Shown: positions 8,250 to 18,557, counted from the first letter of the stretch. The stretch is 64,000 bases of DNA from Bacilli bacterium (GCA_028705995.1 JAQWCH010000002.1:22398-86397), one strand, 5' to 3'. Program-made: numbers and translations. Notes: a model not told the origin generated them from the sequence alone.

Positions 8250-10217
8250 TTATTTCACCTCATCAATAAAGCGGTCAACTGTTTGAAAATCGACATTTTC
8301 TTCAATCCATTTCCGGCGGATACCGGCATCCTTACCCATTAAGATGGAAACGCGTTTTTCTACAAGCAGTGGATCTTCGACTCCAACGCGAATTAACGTC
8401 CGTGATGCTGGATTCATTGTTGTTTCCCAAAGTTGCTCAGCGTTCATTTCACCGAGCCCTTTGTAACGATTGATACGGTAGTTTGCCCCAATCGCTTTTT
8501 TAGCATCTTCTAAGCTTTGATTATCCCAGGCATATTGATAAGCAATTTTCTTGTTGACCTCTTTGTGCACGCGATAAAGTGGTGGCACCGCAATATAAAC
8601 ATGGCCTTTTTGAATCAAAGGTTTCATATAATGATAAAAGAAAGTTAATAACAAGGTCTGAATATGAGCACCATCCGTATCAGCATCGGTCATGATGATG
8701 ATTTTTCCATAATGGATATCTTCAATTTCAAAGTCTTTTCCAACACCCGCACCGATTGTATTAATTAATGTTGCAAATTCTTCATTTTTTAACATTTTTT
8801 CCATTGTAACGGTATCGGTGTTAAGCGGTTTACCCCGCAAAGGTAAAATTGCTTGATATGTGCGATCACGCCCACTGCGCGCTGTGCCACCAGCGGAATC
8901 ACCTTCGACAATAAAAAGCTCATTAAGCGCGTAATTTTTACTTTGCGCTGGGGTTAATTTTCCAGATAAGATATAGTCATTTTTAGGTTTTTTTGTTTTG
9001 CGGGCTTCTTCTTTTGCTTTTCGTGCTGCTTTTCGCGCGTTTTGCGCATCAATACATTTGCGAACAAGATTAACAGCAAATTCATGATTTTCACGCAAAT
9101 AATAGGTTAAGCGATTATAAATAAAAGTATTGACCGCCGCCATCGCATCCGATGTACCAAGTTTACCTTTTGTTTGACCTTCAAACTCGAGAATCTCTTC
9201 CGGGATACGTAACGAGATAATCGCTGTTAAACCCTCACGAATATCAGTACCATCGAGTTTTTCTTTTCCACGCAGTAAAGAGTTTTCAAAAGCAAAGTCA
9301 TTAACCGCCCGCGTAAGCCCCATCCGAAAACCAGTTTCATGGGTCCCACCATCATGCGTGCGTACATTATTAACATAGGAAAGAACCGTTTCTTGATAAT
9401 CGTCATTACAATATTGCATTGCAATTTCCATTTGCAAAGGTTCAATTCCCTTATTGCCATTAATTTCATAGGTATCTTCAAAAGAAATAATCCCATTCAT
9501 TGGCGTTTTATTTTGATTAACGATGGCAATATATTCGCTGAGACCGTCTTCATAATAAAACTCTGTTTCCAGTGATGATCGCTCGTCTTTAACGAGAAAA
9601 TGCACTTTTTTAAGTAAAAAAGCACTTTCTTGAAGATGATTACATATCGTGTCCCATTTAAAATCGACCGTTGAAAACACTTTTGCATCTGGTTTAAAGG
9701 TGACTAACGTTCCATGCCGATTTGTATTACCCAAAATCTCCATCGGCTGCATTAATTTACCCCCATTTTCAAACCGTAGATGATGAATTTTTCCTTCGCG
9801 GAAAACAGTGACATCAAGCCATTCACTTAATGCATTAGTGACAGATGCCCCAACACCATGAAGGCCAGCGCTTGTTTTGTATGCACTTTCCGTAAATTTG
9901 CCACCCGAATGTAATGTTGAAAAAATTAGTTGAACAGCAGGAACTCCAGTTTTTTTATGCAAACCAGTTGGAATCCCACGTCCTTCATCCTGAACAGATA
10001 TTGAACCATCTTTATGAATCGTGACTGTAATTAAATCACCATAGCCACTCATTGCTTCATCAACAGCGTTATCAACAACTTCCCAAACAAGGTGGTGAAG
10101 ACCAATTGCATTCGTCGAACCAATATACATGGCTGGTCGTTTTCTTACACCTTCAAGACCCTCTAGGAGTTCAATGCTATCTTCGTTATAATTAAGGTTG
10201 TTCACATTTTTTGCCAT
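8250..10217 (-). CDS. parE: DNA topoisomerase IV subunit B
   Basis: LEGVRKRPAMYIGS, EVVDNAVDE, GLHGVGASV, VEGDSAGG, MTDADTDGAHI, RYKGLGEMN. Confidence 0.92.
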   Translation of the reverse strand: MAKNVNNLNYNEDSIELLEGLEGVRKRPAMYIGSTNAIGLHHLVWEVVDNAVDEAMSGYGDLITVTIHKDGSISVQDEGRGIPTGLHKKTGVPAVQLIFSTLHSGGKFTESAYKTSAGLHGVGASVTNALSEWLDVTVFREGKIHHLRFENGGKLMQPMEILGNTNRHGTLVTFKPDAKVFSTVDFKWDTICNHLQESAFLLKKVHFLVKDERSSLETEFYYEDGLSEYIAIVNQNKTPMNGIISFEDTYEINGNKGIEPLQMEIAMQYCNDDYQETVLSYVNNVRTHDGGTHETGFRMGLTRAVNDFAFENSLLRGKEKLDGTDIREGLTAIISLRIPEEILEFEGQTKGKLGTSDAMAAVNTFIYNRLTYYLRENHEFAVNLVRKCIDAQNARKAARKAKEEARKTKKPKNDYILSGKLTPAQSKNYALNELFIVEGDSAGGTARSGRDRTYQAILPLRGKPLNTDTVTMEKMLKNEEFATLINTIGAGVGKDFEIEDIHYGKIIIMTDADTDGAHIQTLLLTFFYHYMKPLIQKGHVYIAVPPLYRVHKEVNKKIAYQYAWDNQSLEDAKKAIGANYRINRYKGLGEMNAEQLWETTMNPASRTLIRVGVEDPLLVEKRVSILMGKDAGIRRKWIEENVDFQTVDRFIDEVK

Positions 10218-10331
10218 AGCACTATTTGCTCCTTTCGATTTTTAAAAATATTCTATATAATTATAGCAATTATCACTGTTTAATAATACCATAAATAACG
10301 TGATATTGAGTAGAAAAAAGGGAATTAAAAC

Positions 10332-11036
10332 ATGAGTATTTTATACGCGATACTAACAATCTTAATTTGTAATATCTTCGCCTATCTTCTCGGCTCTGCT
10401 TCCACATCAATCATTGTTGGAAAAGTATTTTTCCATAAAGATATTCGTGAATACGGATCAAAAAATGCTGGTGGGACAAACGCTGGGCGTGTGTTGGGCA
10501 AAAAAGCAGGAATCGCCGTCATGATTATTGACATATCAAAAGCGTTGATTGTCTTTTGGAGCTTATTTTTATTATTTTCAAATATTGATTTCACGCAATT
10601 CACTTACTCATGGGTCCCCACAATCAGTATATACTCTAGTTTATTTCTACTTTCTGTTGGTCATTGCTGGCCGATTTTCTTCAATTTCAAGGGAGGAAAG
10701 ACTGTCAGTATCTTTGCCGGTATCATCTTGGCAACTAATTGGCTATTTACAATTGTTGGTCTACCTGTTTACATTCTCATTTTAAAACTTGAAAAGAAAG
10801 TATCACTGTCATCAATTATCGTATCATCTGGATTAGCGCTTGCTAGCTGGGCGTATTTGTTTCCAGCACTTAATGGATTTGGCTTCTATCCAATCTTGAT
10901 TGATAATCCATTATTAGTGTATTGGATTTACGCTTTACTATTGACAATTACGGCTATTGAACTTATTGCCCGTCATCGCACAAACATTGATCGTTTAATG
11001 AAAAACACGGAAACAAAAATCAAGTGGATGAAATAG
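10332..11036 (+). CDS. plsY: Glycerol-3-phosphate acyltransferase PlsY
   Basis: YLLGS, GSKNAGGTNAGR, GHCWPIF..FKGGK, RHRTNI.RL; divergent from parE. Confidence 0.93.
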   Translation: MSILYAILTILICNIFAYLLGSASTSIIVGKVFFHKDIREYGSKNAGGTNAGRVLGKKAGIAVMIIDISKALIVFWSLFLLFSNIDFTQFTYSWVPTISIYSSLFLLSVGHCWPIFFNFKGGKTVSIFAGIILATNWLFTIVGLPVYILILKLEKKVSLSSIIVSSGLALASWAYLFPALNGFGFYPILIDNPLLVYWIYALLLTITAIELIARHRTNIDRLMKNTETKIKWMK

Positions 11037-11085
11037 TATTTAGTAGTTATTTAGTATTATAATAGTATTGTTGAAAACTCAATTC

Positions 11086-11120
11086 ACCGTCAATTTTACT
11101 TCATCAATTGGCGGTTTTTT
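11086..11120 (+). terminator. Terminator after plsY
   Basis: ACCGTCAATT...AATTGGCGGT followed by a T-run. Confidence 0.6.
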
Positions 11121-11200
11121 ATTGACTTTAAATAACAACATGATTATCTAATGACATTTTTACATGTTCTTCTTATGCTATTTATCATTTATATAAAAAC

Positions 11201-11228
11201 AAAAAAAGCAACCTTCTAAGTTGCTTTT
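11201..11228 (-). terminator. Terminator after the yneF-like gene
   Basis: AAAAGCAAC...GTTGCTTTT with a + strand A-run. Confidence 0.65.
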
Positions 11229-11250
11229 GATTGACATAATCAGTGTTCTA

Positions 11251-11496
11251 CTATTTGCTTTTTTTGACGCTGTTCATGACAGAACGAATTTGCGCTTCCG
11301 ATGGTTTTCTTCCCATCGACATAAACATCGCACGAATCATTTGTTCATTGATTGGCGGATTTTTCTGTAACTCGCGTTGAATAAACCAGCGACCAATAAA
11401 GAAACCACCAACAGCGCCACCAACTACTGCTAAGACAATCCAGCCAACAAAGGCAATTGGATTAAGTTCCATTAAGAAAATAAACATGTTTCTCAT
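11251..11496 (-). CDS. yneF: YneF-family (UPF0154) membrane protein
   Basis: TM segment then KNPPINEQMIRAMFMSMGRKPSEAQI. Confidence 0.88.
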   Translation of the reverse strand: MRNMFIFLMELNPIAFVGWIVLAVVGGAVGGFFIGRWFIQRELQKNPPINEQMIRAMFMSMGRKPSEAQIRSVMNSVKKSK

Positions 11497-11505
11497 TCCT
11501 CCTAT

Positions 11506-12066
11506 TTAATTTGCCCGACCATCGTACTGACCATTATCGGTTCGCACATAAATTAATTCGCCTTCTTCAATAAAAAGCGGAACACGCACTGTAATCCCCG
11601 TTTCTAAAACCGCATCCTTTGTCGCGCTTGTGACTGTGTTGCCACGCACGCCTGGGGCGCATTCGGTGATTTTTAAAGCAATCTTTGCTGGTAATGATAA
11701 TCCGAGGATTTCACCATTATATATAGCTATTTCAACTTGGGCATTGGGAACCAAAAATTTCATTTCCCATTCAAGCTTCGTTTTTTCGATAGAAATTTGC
11801 TCATAGGATTCTTGATCCATAAACACTAAAAACACACCATCGTCATAAAGATAAGTCATCAGGCGTTTATCAATCGAAATCCGTTCAATTTGATAACCCG
11901 AGTTAAAACTTAATTCAATTGTCGAACCGGTCCGTACATTTTTGACCTTTAGTTTCGCCACCATTTTCCGCATTGCGGTTTTATTCAACAAAATGTCTAA
12001 CACATTATATAGTTGACCGTCTTCTAAAAAAAAGTTGCCTGGGCGTAGTTCTGTAACATTTACCAT
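11506..12066 (-). CDS. efp: Elongation factor P with atypical loop (KTAMRK)
   Basis: KNVRTG, YLYDDG...FMDQESYEQ, PGVRGNT, LETG...VPLFIEEGE; ATG at 12066 has an AAGGAG RBS. Confidence 0.93.
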   Translation of the reverse strand: MVNVTELRPGNFFLEDGQLYNVLDILLNKTAMRKMVAKLKVKNVRTGSTIELSFNSGYQIERISIDKRLMTYLYDDGVFLVFMDQESYEQISIEKTKLEWEMKFLVPNAQVEIAIYNGEILGLSLPAKIALKITECAPGVRGNTVTSATKDAVLETGITVRVPLFIEEGELIYVRTDNGQYDGRAN

Positions 12067-12143
12067 AAATTTCTTCTCCTTCAATTTATCGGCTCAATTA
12101 TAGCAAAAAGAGCGTGTAAATACCAATAATAGTCATCAAATAA

Positions 12144-12767
12144 TCATAAAAAACGATTATATTTCACTTCTTGATTGATTGTTGTTTTTTCACCATGACC
12201 GGGATAGACCCGTGTATCTTGTGGTAACTGTAAAATTTGTGTCAAACTCTTTTGCATTAATCGTGGGGCACTGCCATATAAATCGGTGCGCCCGACACTT
12301 CCTTTAAATAGCGTATCACCAGAAAAAAGCATTTTTTCTTGTTCGAAATAATAACAAACACTGCCAAATGAATGAAATGGCGTTGCTAGCACAGTTAAAG
12401 TGAGCGCGCCAAATGTAAATTTCGCTTGATCATAAACAGGTTGTAAGAGATTAGTTGCCTGTACTTCTTCACTAATTTCACCCATGAACCACCGGTTATC
12501 CAAATAATCAAGTTCATTTTCACCAATTAAGCAAGGAATATGATATTCATTTATTAAAGCTAGCACTCCACGCACATGATCAAAATGTCCATGCGTAAGT
12601 AATATAGCAAGTGGTTTTAGGTTGCGTTTGTTAAGAAAATCAATAATTTGGCTGCCCGCCACACTTGGATCAACGATTACTACTTGTTGCTGTCCGGCAT
12701 CAATAAAGTACATATTCGAACGTAGCAAGCGTTCAGGATAGGTAAAAGTTTCAACTTTACCGCTCAT
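12144..12767 (-). CDS. MBL-fold metallo-hydrolase (YqgX/glyoxalase II-like)
   Basis: THGHFDH, TPFHS, FSGDTLF, GRTDL, YPGHG. Confidence 0.88.
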   Translation of the reverse strand: MSGKVETFTYPERLLRSNMYFIDAGQQQVVIVDPSVAGSQIIDFLNKRNLKPLAILLTHGHFDHVRGVLALINEYHIPCLIGENELDYLDNRWFMGEISEEVQATNLLQPVYDQAKFTFGALTLTVLATPFHSFGSVCYYFEQEKMLFSGDTLFKGSVGRTDLYGSAPRLMQKSLTQILQLPQDTRVYPGHGEKTTINQEVKYNRFL

Positions 12768-12780
12768 AATAATCAATCGC

Positions 12781-12809
12781 AAAAAAAATAAAGCCCACTG
12801 GCTTTATTT
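12781..12809 (-). terminator. Terminator overlapping the rpmG stop
   Basis: Minus strand AAATAAAGCC-agtg-GGCTTTATTT plus T-run. Confidence 0.7.
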
Positions 12810-12953
12810 CTTTTCCTTATGAATGGTTACTTTTTTGCACCGTGAGCAATATTTTTTTAGTTCAAGCCGTTCTGGAACATTTTTCTTATTGCGGCTGGTT
12901 AAATAGTTTTCTTCACCACAAACGGTACATTTTAACATGACAGAATCACGCAT
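12804..12953 (-). CDS. rpmG: 50S ribosomal protein L33, zinc-binding type (not in ORF track)
   Basis: Translated by hand: [57 protein letters not shown]. Confidence 0.95.
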   Translation of the reverse strand: MRDSVMLKCTVCGEENYLTSRNKKNVPERLELKKYCSRCKKVTIHKEKK

Positions 12954-13086
12954 CTTAATTTCCTCCAAGGTCTACATTGAAGTATTTTAGCACACAATAT
13001 TGATATTCTCCACTATCACAATTGTTTTTTATTTGCTTTTTTCGCTTTTAATCTTGATACTTATAAATGAAAAGAAGGTGCTGAGT

Positions 13087-14136
13087 ATGAAAAGAACAAA
13101 AACACGGCCGATTTTTGTTGGAGCGCAACAAATTGGTGGTCAAGATAAAGTCATCATTCAATCGATGGCAAATATCAAAACAGCAAATGTTGACGCTGTA
13201 GTTACCCAAATTAATGCGTGTGCCGCCCTTGGGTGTCAAATTATGCGGCTTTCTGTTCTTGATGAAGCAGATGCACGTGCGATTAAAGCGATTAAAAAGC
13301 AAATAAACATTCCGCTTGTTGCTGATATCCATTTTGATTATCGTCTTGCTTTATTAGCGATGGAAAGTGGCGTTGATAAATTGCGGATTAATCCCGGTAA
13401 CATCGGAAGCGAAGAGAATATTCAAAAAGTTGTTTCTATGGCGAAAGAAAAGCATATTCCAATTCGCATCGGCGTTAACTCTGGCTCGCTTGATCCAGCC
13501 ATTCATAATTATAAAAACATGTACCAAGCCGCTGATTTAGTAGCAAGTGCGAAAAAACACGTCGAAATTCTCGAGAAAATGGACTTTTTTGATATTGCGA
13601 TTTCTTTAAAAGGTTCGGATGTTAAAACAACGATTGAAGCATATCGCCTTGCCGCGGAAACATTCCCATATCCACTGCATTTAGGAATTACTGAAGCTGG
13701 CACACCGGAAGTTGGTATTATCCGCTCAGTCGCTGGTTTAGCCCCACTGCTTCTTGAAGGAATCGGTGATACTATTCGTATTTCATTGAGTGCCAATCCA
13801 CAAGAGGAAATAATTACCGCAAAACGCTTGTTACATGACTTAGGTTTATATGAAAATTATCCAACCTTGATTTCCTGTCCAACGTGTGGCCGAACACAAG
13901 TTAATCTAATCCCTTTAGCGCATCAAGTTCTCGATTATCTCGAGACAATAAATAAACCGATCACTGTTGCCGTAATGGGCTGCATTGTTAATGGACCAGG
14001 TGAGGCAAAAAACGCGGACATTGGCATCGCTGGTGGTCGCAATCAATGGGTTATCTTTAAAAAAGGCAAAATTATTCGCACAATCAAAGAAGACGAGGCG
14101 TTTTCTGCACTTGTTGAGGAAATTAGCAAGATATAA
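13087..14136 (+). CDS. ispG: HMBPP synthase IspG (MEP pathway)
   Basis: IIQSM, PLVADIHFDY, RINPGNIG, RIGVNSGS, HLGITEAG, SCPTCGRT, AVMGCIVNGPGEA; likely start is ATG at 13087. Confidence 0.95.
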   Translation: MKRTKTRPIFVGAQQIGGQDKVIIQSMANIKTANVDAVVTQINACAALGCQIMRLSVLDEADARAIKAIKKQINIPLVADIHFDYRLALLAMESGVDKLRINPGNIGSEENIQKVVSMAKEKHIPIRIGVNSGSLDPAIHNYKNMYQAADLVASAKKHVEILEKMDFFDIAISLKGSDVKTTIEAYRLAAETFPYPLHLGITEAGTPEVGIIRSVAGLAPLLLEGIGDTIRISLSANPQEEIITAKRLLHDLGLYENYPTLISCPTCGRTQVNLIPLAHQVLDYLETINKPITVAVMGCIVNGPGEAKNADIGIAGGRNQWVIFKKGKIIRTIKEDEAFSALVEEISKI

Positions 14137-14142
14137 AAAATG

Positions 14143-14172
14143 AAAACCTGTTCACGTGGAACAGGTTTTTTT
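14143..14172. terminator. Bidirectional terminator
   Basis: AAAACCTGTTC-acgtg-GAACAGGTTTT between convergent genes. Confidence 0.8.
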
Positions 14173-14190
14173 AGTCTTAAAATTTAAATT

Positions 14191-15171
14191 TTATTCGACA
14201 TAATCGACGTAGGAATCTAAATCTGATGGATAGTCACACGTTAAGTTTTCATCATTGATGTTTGTGCGATCAATTTCAATTTTGTAAGTAATGCGATTAG
14301 TTCCATTTATAAATGAACTACCTTCTTGACCTATTTCAACATCAAAATCATAAAGTGAATGAGTTAAATAGTGATTAGCATCAAAAGTTAACAGCATTTT
14401 ATATCGATGAATAACCGTTGTTTCGGTGATTTCCCCATCGGTAACAACATAACCATCAGAATAATCAGGGAACGAAGTTGGAAGTGGTTCTTCATTATCC
14501 TCAGCATCTTTAATATCCGACATTTCGCCGAAAATTTGTGTATTTAATTGAACACTGACTGTCGTATTACCGGCATTTTCGGTGGCGTTAAATAGACCAT
14601 TTTCCACAAATAAATCGTATTCTTCAAGAATTTGGTCAATCATATCAAATGGGCTAGCTACAATAGTTGACATAAATAAACTATGGAAGTCATAATACAT
14701 TTTTAATTTTAAATCACTTCCATCACCACCAATGTCTTCTTCGTATTGAACTGGAGCTTCAGTAAAATCAGCATAACCAATCGTATCCTTTAGATAGTAG
14801 GCAAACGTTTCCGGTGCAACGACGGTTGTACTTGATTCTTCACCATATACCTCGAGAGCTTCACCTGCCGTTGTTTGAACGTAACTTAACGACTGTTCAC
14901 CGTCCGGATTTGCCCATTGGTCAAGCAATGTTAAATCAATAGATGCATCCATCTGTGAGGAAACCATAATGCTTTCACTTTCAGAAATCGCACTTGTCAT
15001 CTCCATTTCATTTTTTTGGAAACTCTCAACATGCATTTTGAAATGATTCACTTCTTCTTCCTTTGCAAGCGAATCTTCCATCACAGCTTTGCCTTCCGCT
15101 GGATCAATCTTAACGTCACAACCGGTCAATAGTAGTGCAACAAATGGTATTAAATACGTAATTTTTTTCAT
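14191..15171 (-). CDS. Acidic lipoprotein of unknown function
   Basis: MKK + hydrophobic core + lipobox LTGC; D/E-rich. Confidence 0.75.
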   Translation of the reverse strand: MKKITYLIPFVALLLTGCDVKIDPAEGKAVMEDSLAKEEEVNHFKMHVESFQKNEMEMTSAISESESIMVSSQMDASIDLTLLDQWANPDGEQSLSYVQTTAGEALEVYGEESSTTVVAPETFAYYLKDTIGYADFTEAPVQYEEDIGGDGSDLKLKMYYDFHSLFMSTIVASPFDMIDQILEEYDLFVENGLFNATENAGNTTVSVQLNTQIFGEMSDIKDAEDNEEPLPTSFPDYSDGYVVTDGEITETTVIHRYKMLLTFDANHYLTHSLYDFDVEIGQEGSSFINGTNRITYKIEIDRTNINDENLTCDYPSDLDSYVDYVE

Positions 15172-15316
15172 CTTTTCCTCCCTTTCTTCTATTTTTAGTA
15201 TAAACCTTGAATCAGTAATGAGTAAATATATACTTAATTTTTTATTAGATTTTACAATTATAAAAAAATGGTCTTACGTAAAAAACCATTTATAAAGCGA
15301 ATAAAAACTAATATTT

Positions 15317-16261
15317 TTAAATAATTAACGGGTCATAAGTACTTAAATCGGTTGGAAAATCAATTGTAAATGCTTTATCGAAATTACCGCGTGTATAACT
15401 ACCTATAACGTCAATATCAATTGTTCCTTCAAGCGCAAGATCACTTGAAATAAATTCTCCGAACTCGTCACTTTGATACGTGACATCAATTGACCCAAGC
15501 ACTTCACTAGTTAAAGAGCGACCACGCAATTGACTATCAAGAATCAAAGAGAATTTTAGCGTCGAAAACTGGTAACTTGTGACACCAAAGCTTAATCCCG
15601 GCATTTCAAAATCTAATGAAACGAGACCACTTAATTCTAAGTATTCCGCTAATCTATCATCATCAAACGTAATCTCAATGTAATACTCTTTATTCAATCG
15701 ATACATATTTAAGGCACCGACTTCATAAATATTGGCTAACTCTGGCAATATTTCTGTATAAAACGAAGAAAAATCCGTGAGAAAGGCCGCATTAAGAAAA
15801 GAATTAATTCGCGCTCCAACATCAAGTGTATCAACTGCTTTATCGGGAATTAATGGATTTAGTTTAGCATGTGGAGCTAATCGATAATCAATATAGCCCT
15901 CTGTGTTTTGTTCATAGTAAACAAGTGTTTCATCAGCATAATCGATGGCTTGCTCAGCACCAAATTTTGCCGACAAAGAGTCAGTTTCTTGATAATGTTT
16001 AGCATCTGCATAATATGCGTAATTCAGTGTTGCGTTTTGCTCATAATCAAAATTAACGCCAATAATTCCTTGGCCAACAAATCCATCAATTGTTGAAACA
16101 AGGGTAACTACTTCTTTAGCTTGCTCAATATTCGACTCTTGCACCTGGGCTTCATTGATTTTTGAGACTCCATCATCATAGTTAACAGTTTGCGGGCGAG
16201 TATTACAACTTGTTAGGAGGGATACAATTGCAAAAAGTGGAAATAAAAGGTTTTTTTTCAT
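15317..16261 (-). CDS. Acidic lipoprotein of unknown function
   Basis: MKK + hydrophobic core + lipobox LTSC; GGAGG RBS. Confidence 0.75.
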   Translation of the reverse strand: MKKNLLFPLFAIVSLLTSCNTRPQTVNYDDGVSKINEAQVQESNIEQAKEVVTLVSTIDGFVGQGIIGVNFDYEQNATLNYAYYADAKHYQETDSLSAKFGAEQAIDYADETLVYYEQNTEGYIDYRLAPHAKLNPLIPDKAVDTLDVGARINSFLNAAFLTDFSSFYTEILPELANIYEVGALNMYRLNKEYYIEITFDDDRLAEYLELSGLVSLDFEMPGLSFGVTSYQFSTLKFSLILDSQLRGRSLTSEVLGSIDVTYQSDEFGEFISSDLALEGTIDIDVIGSYTRGNFDKAFTIDFPTDLSTYDPLII

Positions 16262-16312
16262 ACGAATTCCTCCATTGATATTGTAGCAAAAAAATGAATG
16301 ATAGTTAAAAAA

Positions 16313-17197
16313 TTAAAGGTTTTCCCGCCAATTCGGTTCAAAACGTTGCTTTTTAACCATCGAAATCTCTTTTTTATAAGGTGGACGATCATTAAACCAT
16401 GGCGTTTCCAAAATTTTTGGGATTCCTGTTAAAAGTGGATGATGAAAATATTTTACTAATGTAGCAAAACCAATCGTACCATAACCAAGATTATCATGGC
16501 GATCTTTGTGTGCACCAACATCGTTTTTTGAATCATTGATATGGATAACTTTTAGGTATTTAAGACCAATTATGCGATCAAATTCCGCTAGTACAGCATC
16601 GACTTGATGGACGTCATAACCAGCATCGTTGATGTGACAAGTATCAAGACAAACACCAATTTGTTCTTTACGCTCAATTCCAGCAATTAATTGAGCAATT
16701 TCTTCAAAGTTTCGGCCAACTTCAGTTCCTTTGCCCGCCATTGTTTCTAAAGCGATGATTGTTCCAGTTTGATCAGTGCGCAAAATTTCATTTATCCCCG
16801 TGATGATTTGTTTGCTGGCTTCTTCGACACCAGCACCAACATGGGCACCCGGATGAAGGACAAGCACTTTAGCCCCAAACTCCGCCACCCGTGTCATTTC
16901 ATCACGCAAAAACTTTAGCGATACATCAAACAAATCCGGTTTTATTGTATTACCGATATTAATGATATATGGTGCATGAACAATCAAATGTTCAGGATTA
17001 ATATTATGTTCATCAAGCAAGGCTTTGCCTTCATCAATTTTCATGATGTCTAAAGGCATTCTTTTTGAATTTTGTGGTGCTCCAGTATAAAACATCATTG
17101 TATTGGCACCATAGCTCAGCATATCTTTCACGGAACCAACAAAATAATCTGGTGCAGATAAAGAAACATGGGCACCGATAATTAATTGATTACTCAT
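16313..17197 (-). CDS. nfo: Endonuclease IV
   Basis: IGAHVS, HAPYIIN, LHPG, LETMAGKG, CLDTCH, HINDSK...DRH, ILETP. Confidence 0.95.
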   Translation of the reverse strand: MSNQLIIGAHVSLSAPDYFVGSVKDMLSYGANTMMFYTGAPQNSKRMPLDIMKIDEGKALLDEHNINPEHLIVHAPYIINIGNTIKPDLFDVSLKFLRDEMTRVAEFGAKVLVLHPGAHVGAGVEEASKQIITGINEILRTDQTGTIIALETMAGKGTEVGRNFEEIAQLIAGIERKEQIGVCLDTCHINDAGYDVHQVDAVLAEFDRIIGLKYLKVIHINDSKNDVGAHKDRHDNLGYGTIGFATLVKYFHHPLLTGIPKILETPWFNDRPPYKKEISMVKKQRFEPNWRENL

Positions 17198-18557
17198 CAC
17201 TATTTTTCGCCTTTGAGCGGTAACGTTCTTCTTGTTGCCGACGAATATCCTTGCGAATTACTTCCCGCCGATGTTTTTGCTTGGTTTTGGCGACTGCTTG
17301 CTGAACTTTCTTTTTATAATTTGGTTTAATTTTCTTGCTACGGGTCTTCGCCACTGTTTTTTGAATTTCAACATCTAGTTCAGACGTTTTTTTAAAACGC
17401 GGTTTTTCTCGTTCAACAAGACGCGGGCGTTTATCATCAGTAAAACTACCATCTTGGTAGAATAAAAATGAAAAATTTACTTTTTGTTCAATTAGTTTAC
17501 GCGGTTTTGCTAAGTTATCGCTATCATAGATTGTATAGACTTCACCTTTATCTTGGTAGCGACCGGTCCGCCCTGCACGATGAAAATAATATTCAAGATT
17601 ATTTGGTAAATTAACATTTAATACTTCACTCACATGGGTGAAATCGAGTCCGCGTGCCGCCATATCACTTGCGACAACAACCGGAAAATCATCATTATTG
17701 ATGCGTTTCATCATTGTTTTACGTTCGCGCGTAGGTAAATCACCATGAATAATACCGACTTTGATTCCTTTTGCCAAAAGAAATTTATATAGAGTACTTA
17801 CTTCTTGTTTTGTCGAGGCAAAAACTAAAAGAAAATATGGTTGTTTCCATTTAATAAAGTCATAAACTAATTGATGTGAATCTTGATGACGTGAATCGAT
17901 TAAAAAATGTTCGACTTGCGTACTTGTCGCACTCGATCCTGTTTCAAGCACGCTCACATCTTTAAAATATTTGGCCATTAAGTTGATCAAACTCGCGGGT
18001 ATAGTAGCAGAAAAAACCATGATTTGTGGAGCAACTAATGTTTTAAGAATTTCATCAATAACAGGGAAAAATCCACTATCTAAAAGCATATCCGCCTCAT
18101 CGAGCACAATTGTTTTCGCGCTCATTAATGAAGTGACAGTATTTTCCAGCCCCAAATCCTTAAGACGACCGGGTGTCGCAATCACAATATGCGGTTTTTT
18201 GCTCAACGCGGAAATATTTCGTGACTTTTCTTCGCCCCCAGCTAATAGGAGAATGCGAATTTCTGGAAAGTCTTTAGCAATAAGGCGCGCAAAGTCAGCG
18301 GTTTGCTTCGCGAGTTCGCGCGTTGGCGAAAGAATAATTGCCTGAATTTCGCTATTATTACGATTAATCTTATTAAAAATTGGCACAAGAAAAGCGTGCG
18401 TTTTGCCACTTCCTGTTGGTGAACGTGCAATAAGAGACGTACCGCGAAGTGCCGGTGGAATCACAACTTCTTGAATTGGAGTTAAATCAATATAGCCAAG
18501 CGAAGTGATCGTGCTTAAAAGGTCAGCTTGTAAGTCAAATTGTGTAAATTTTGCCAT
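17190..18557 (-). CDS. cshB: DEAD-box RNA helicase (CshB-like)
   Basis: TPIQ, TGSGKT, PTRELA, TPGR, DEAD, SAT, ARGLD, HRAGRTGR; upstream of nfo as in Bacillus. Confidence 0.88.
   Translation of the reverse strand: MAKFTQFDLQADLLSTITSLGYIDLTPIQEVVIPPALRGTSLIARSPTGSGKTHAFLVPIFNKINRNNSEIQAIILSPTRELAKQTADFARLIAKDFPEIRILLLAGGEEKSRNISALSKKPHIVIATPGRLKDLGLENTVTSLMSAKTIVLDEADMLLDSGFFPVIDEILKTLVAPQIMVFSATIPASLINLMAKYFKDVSVLETGSSATSTQVEHFLIDSRHQDSHQLVYDFIKWKQPYFLLVFASTKQEVSTLYKFLLAKGIKVGIIHGDLPTRERKTMMKRINNDDFPVVVASDMAARGLDFTHVSEVLNVNLPNNLEYYFHRAGRTGRYQDKGEVYTIYDSDNLAKPRKLIEQKVNFSFLFYQDGSFTDDKRPRLVEREKPRFKKTSELDVEIQKTVAKTRSKKIKPNYKKKVQQAVAKTKQKHRREVIRKDIRRQQEERYRSKAKNSDE

Noticed and set aside
14149..14163. 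parS-like palindrome TGTTCACGTGGAACA
   Set aside because: One base short of the 16-bp parS consensus, fully explained as the stem-loop of a bidirectional terminator, and located near the terminus rather than the origin
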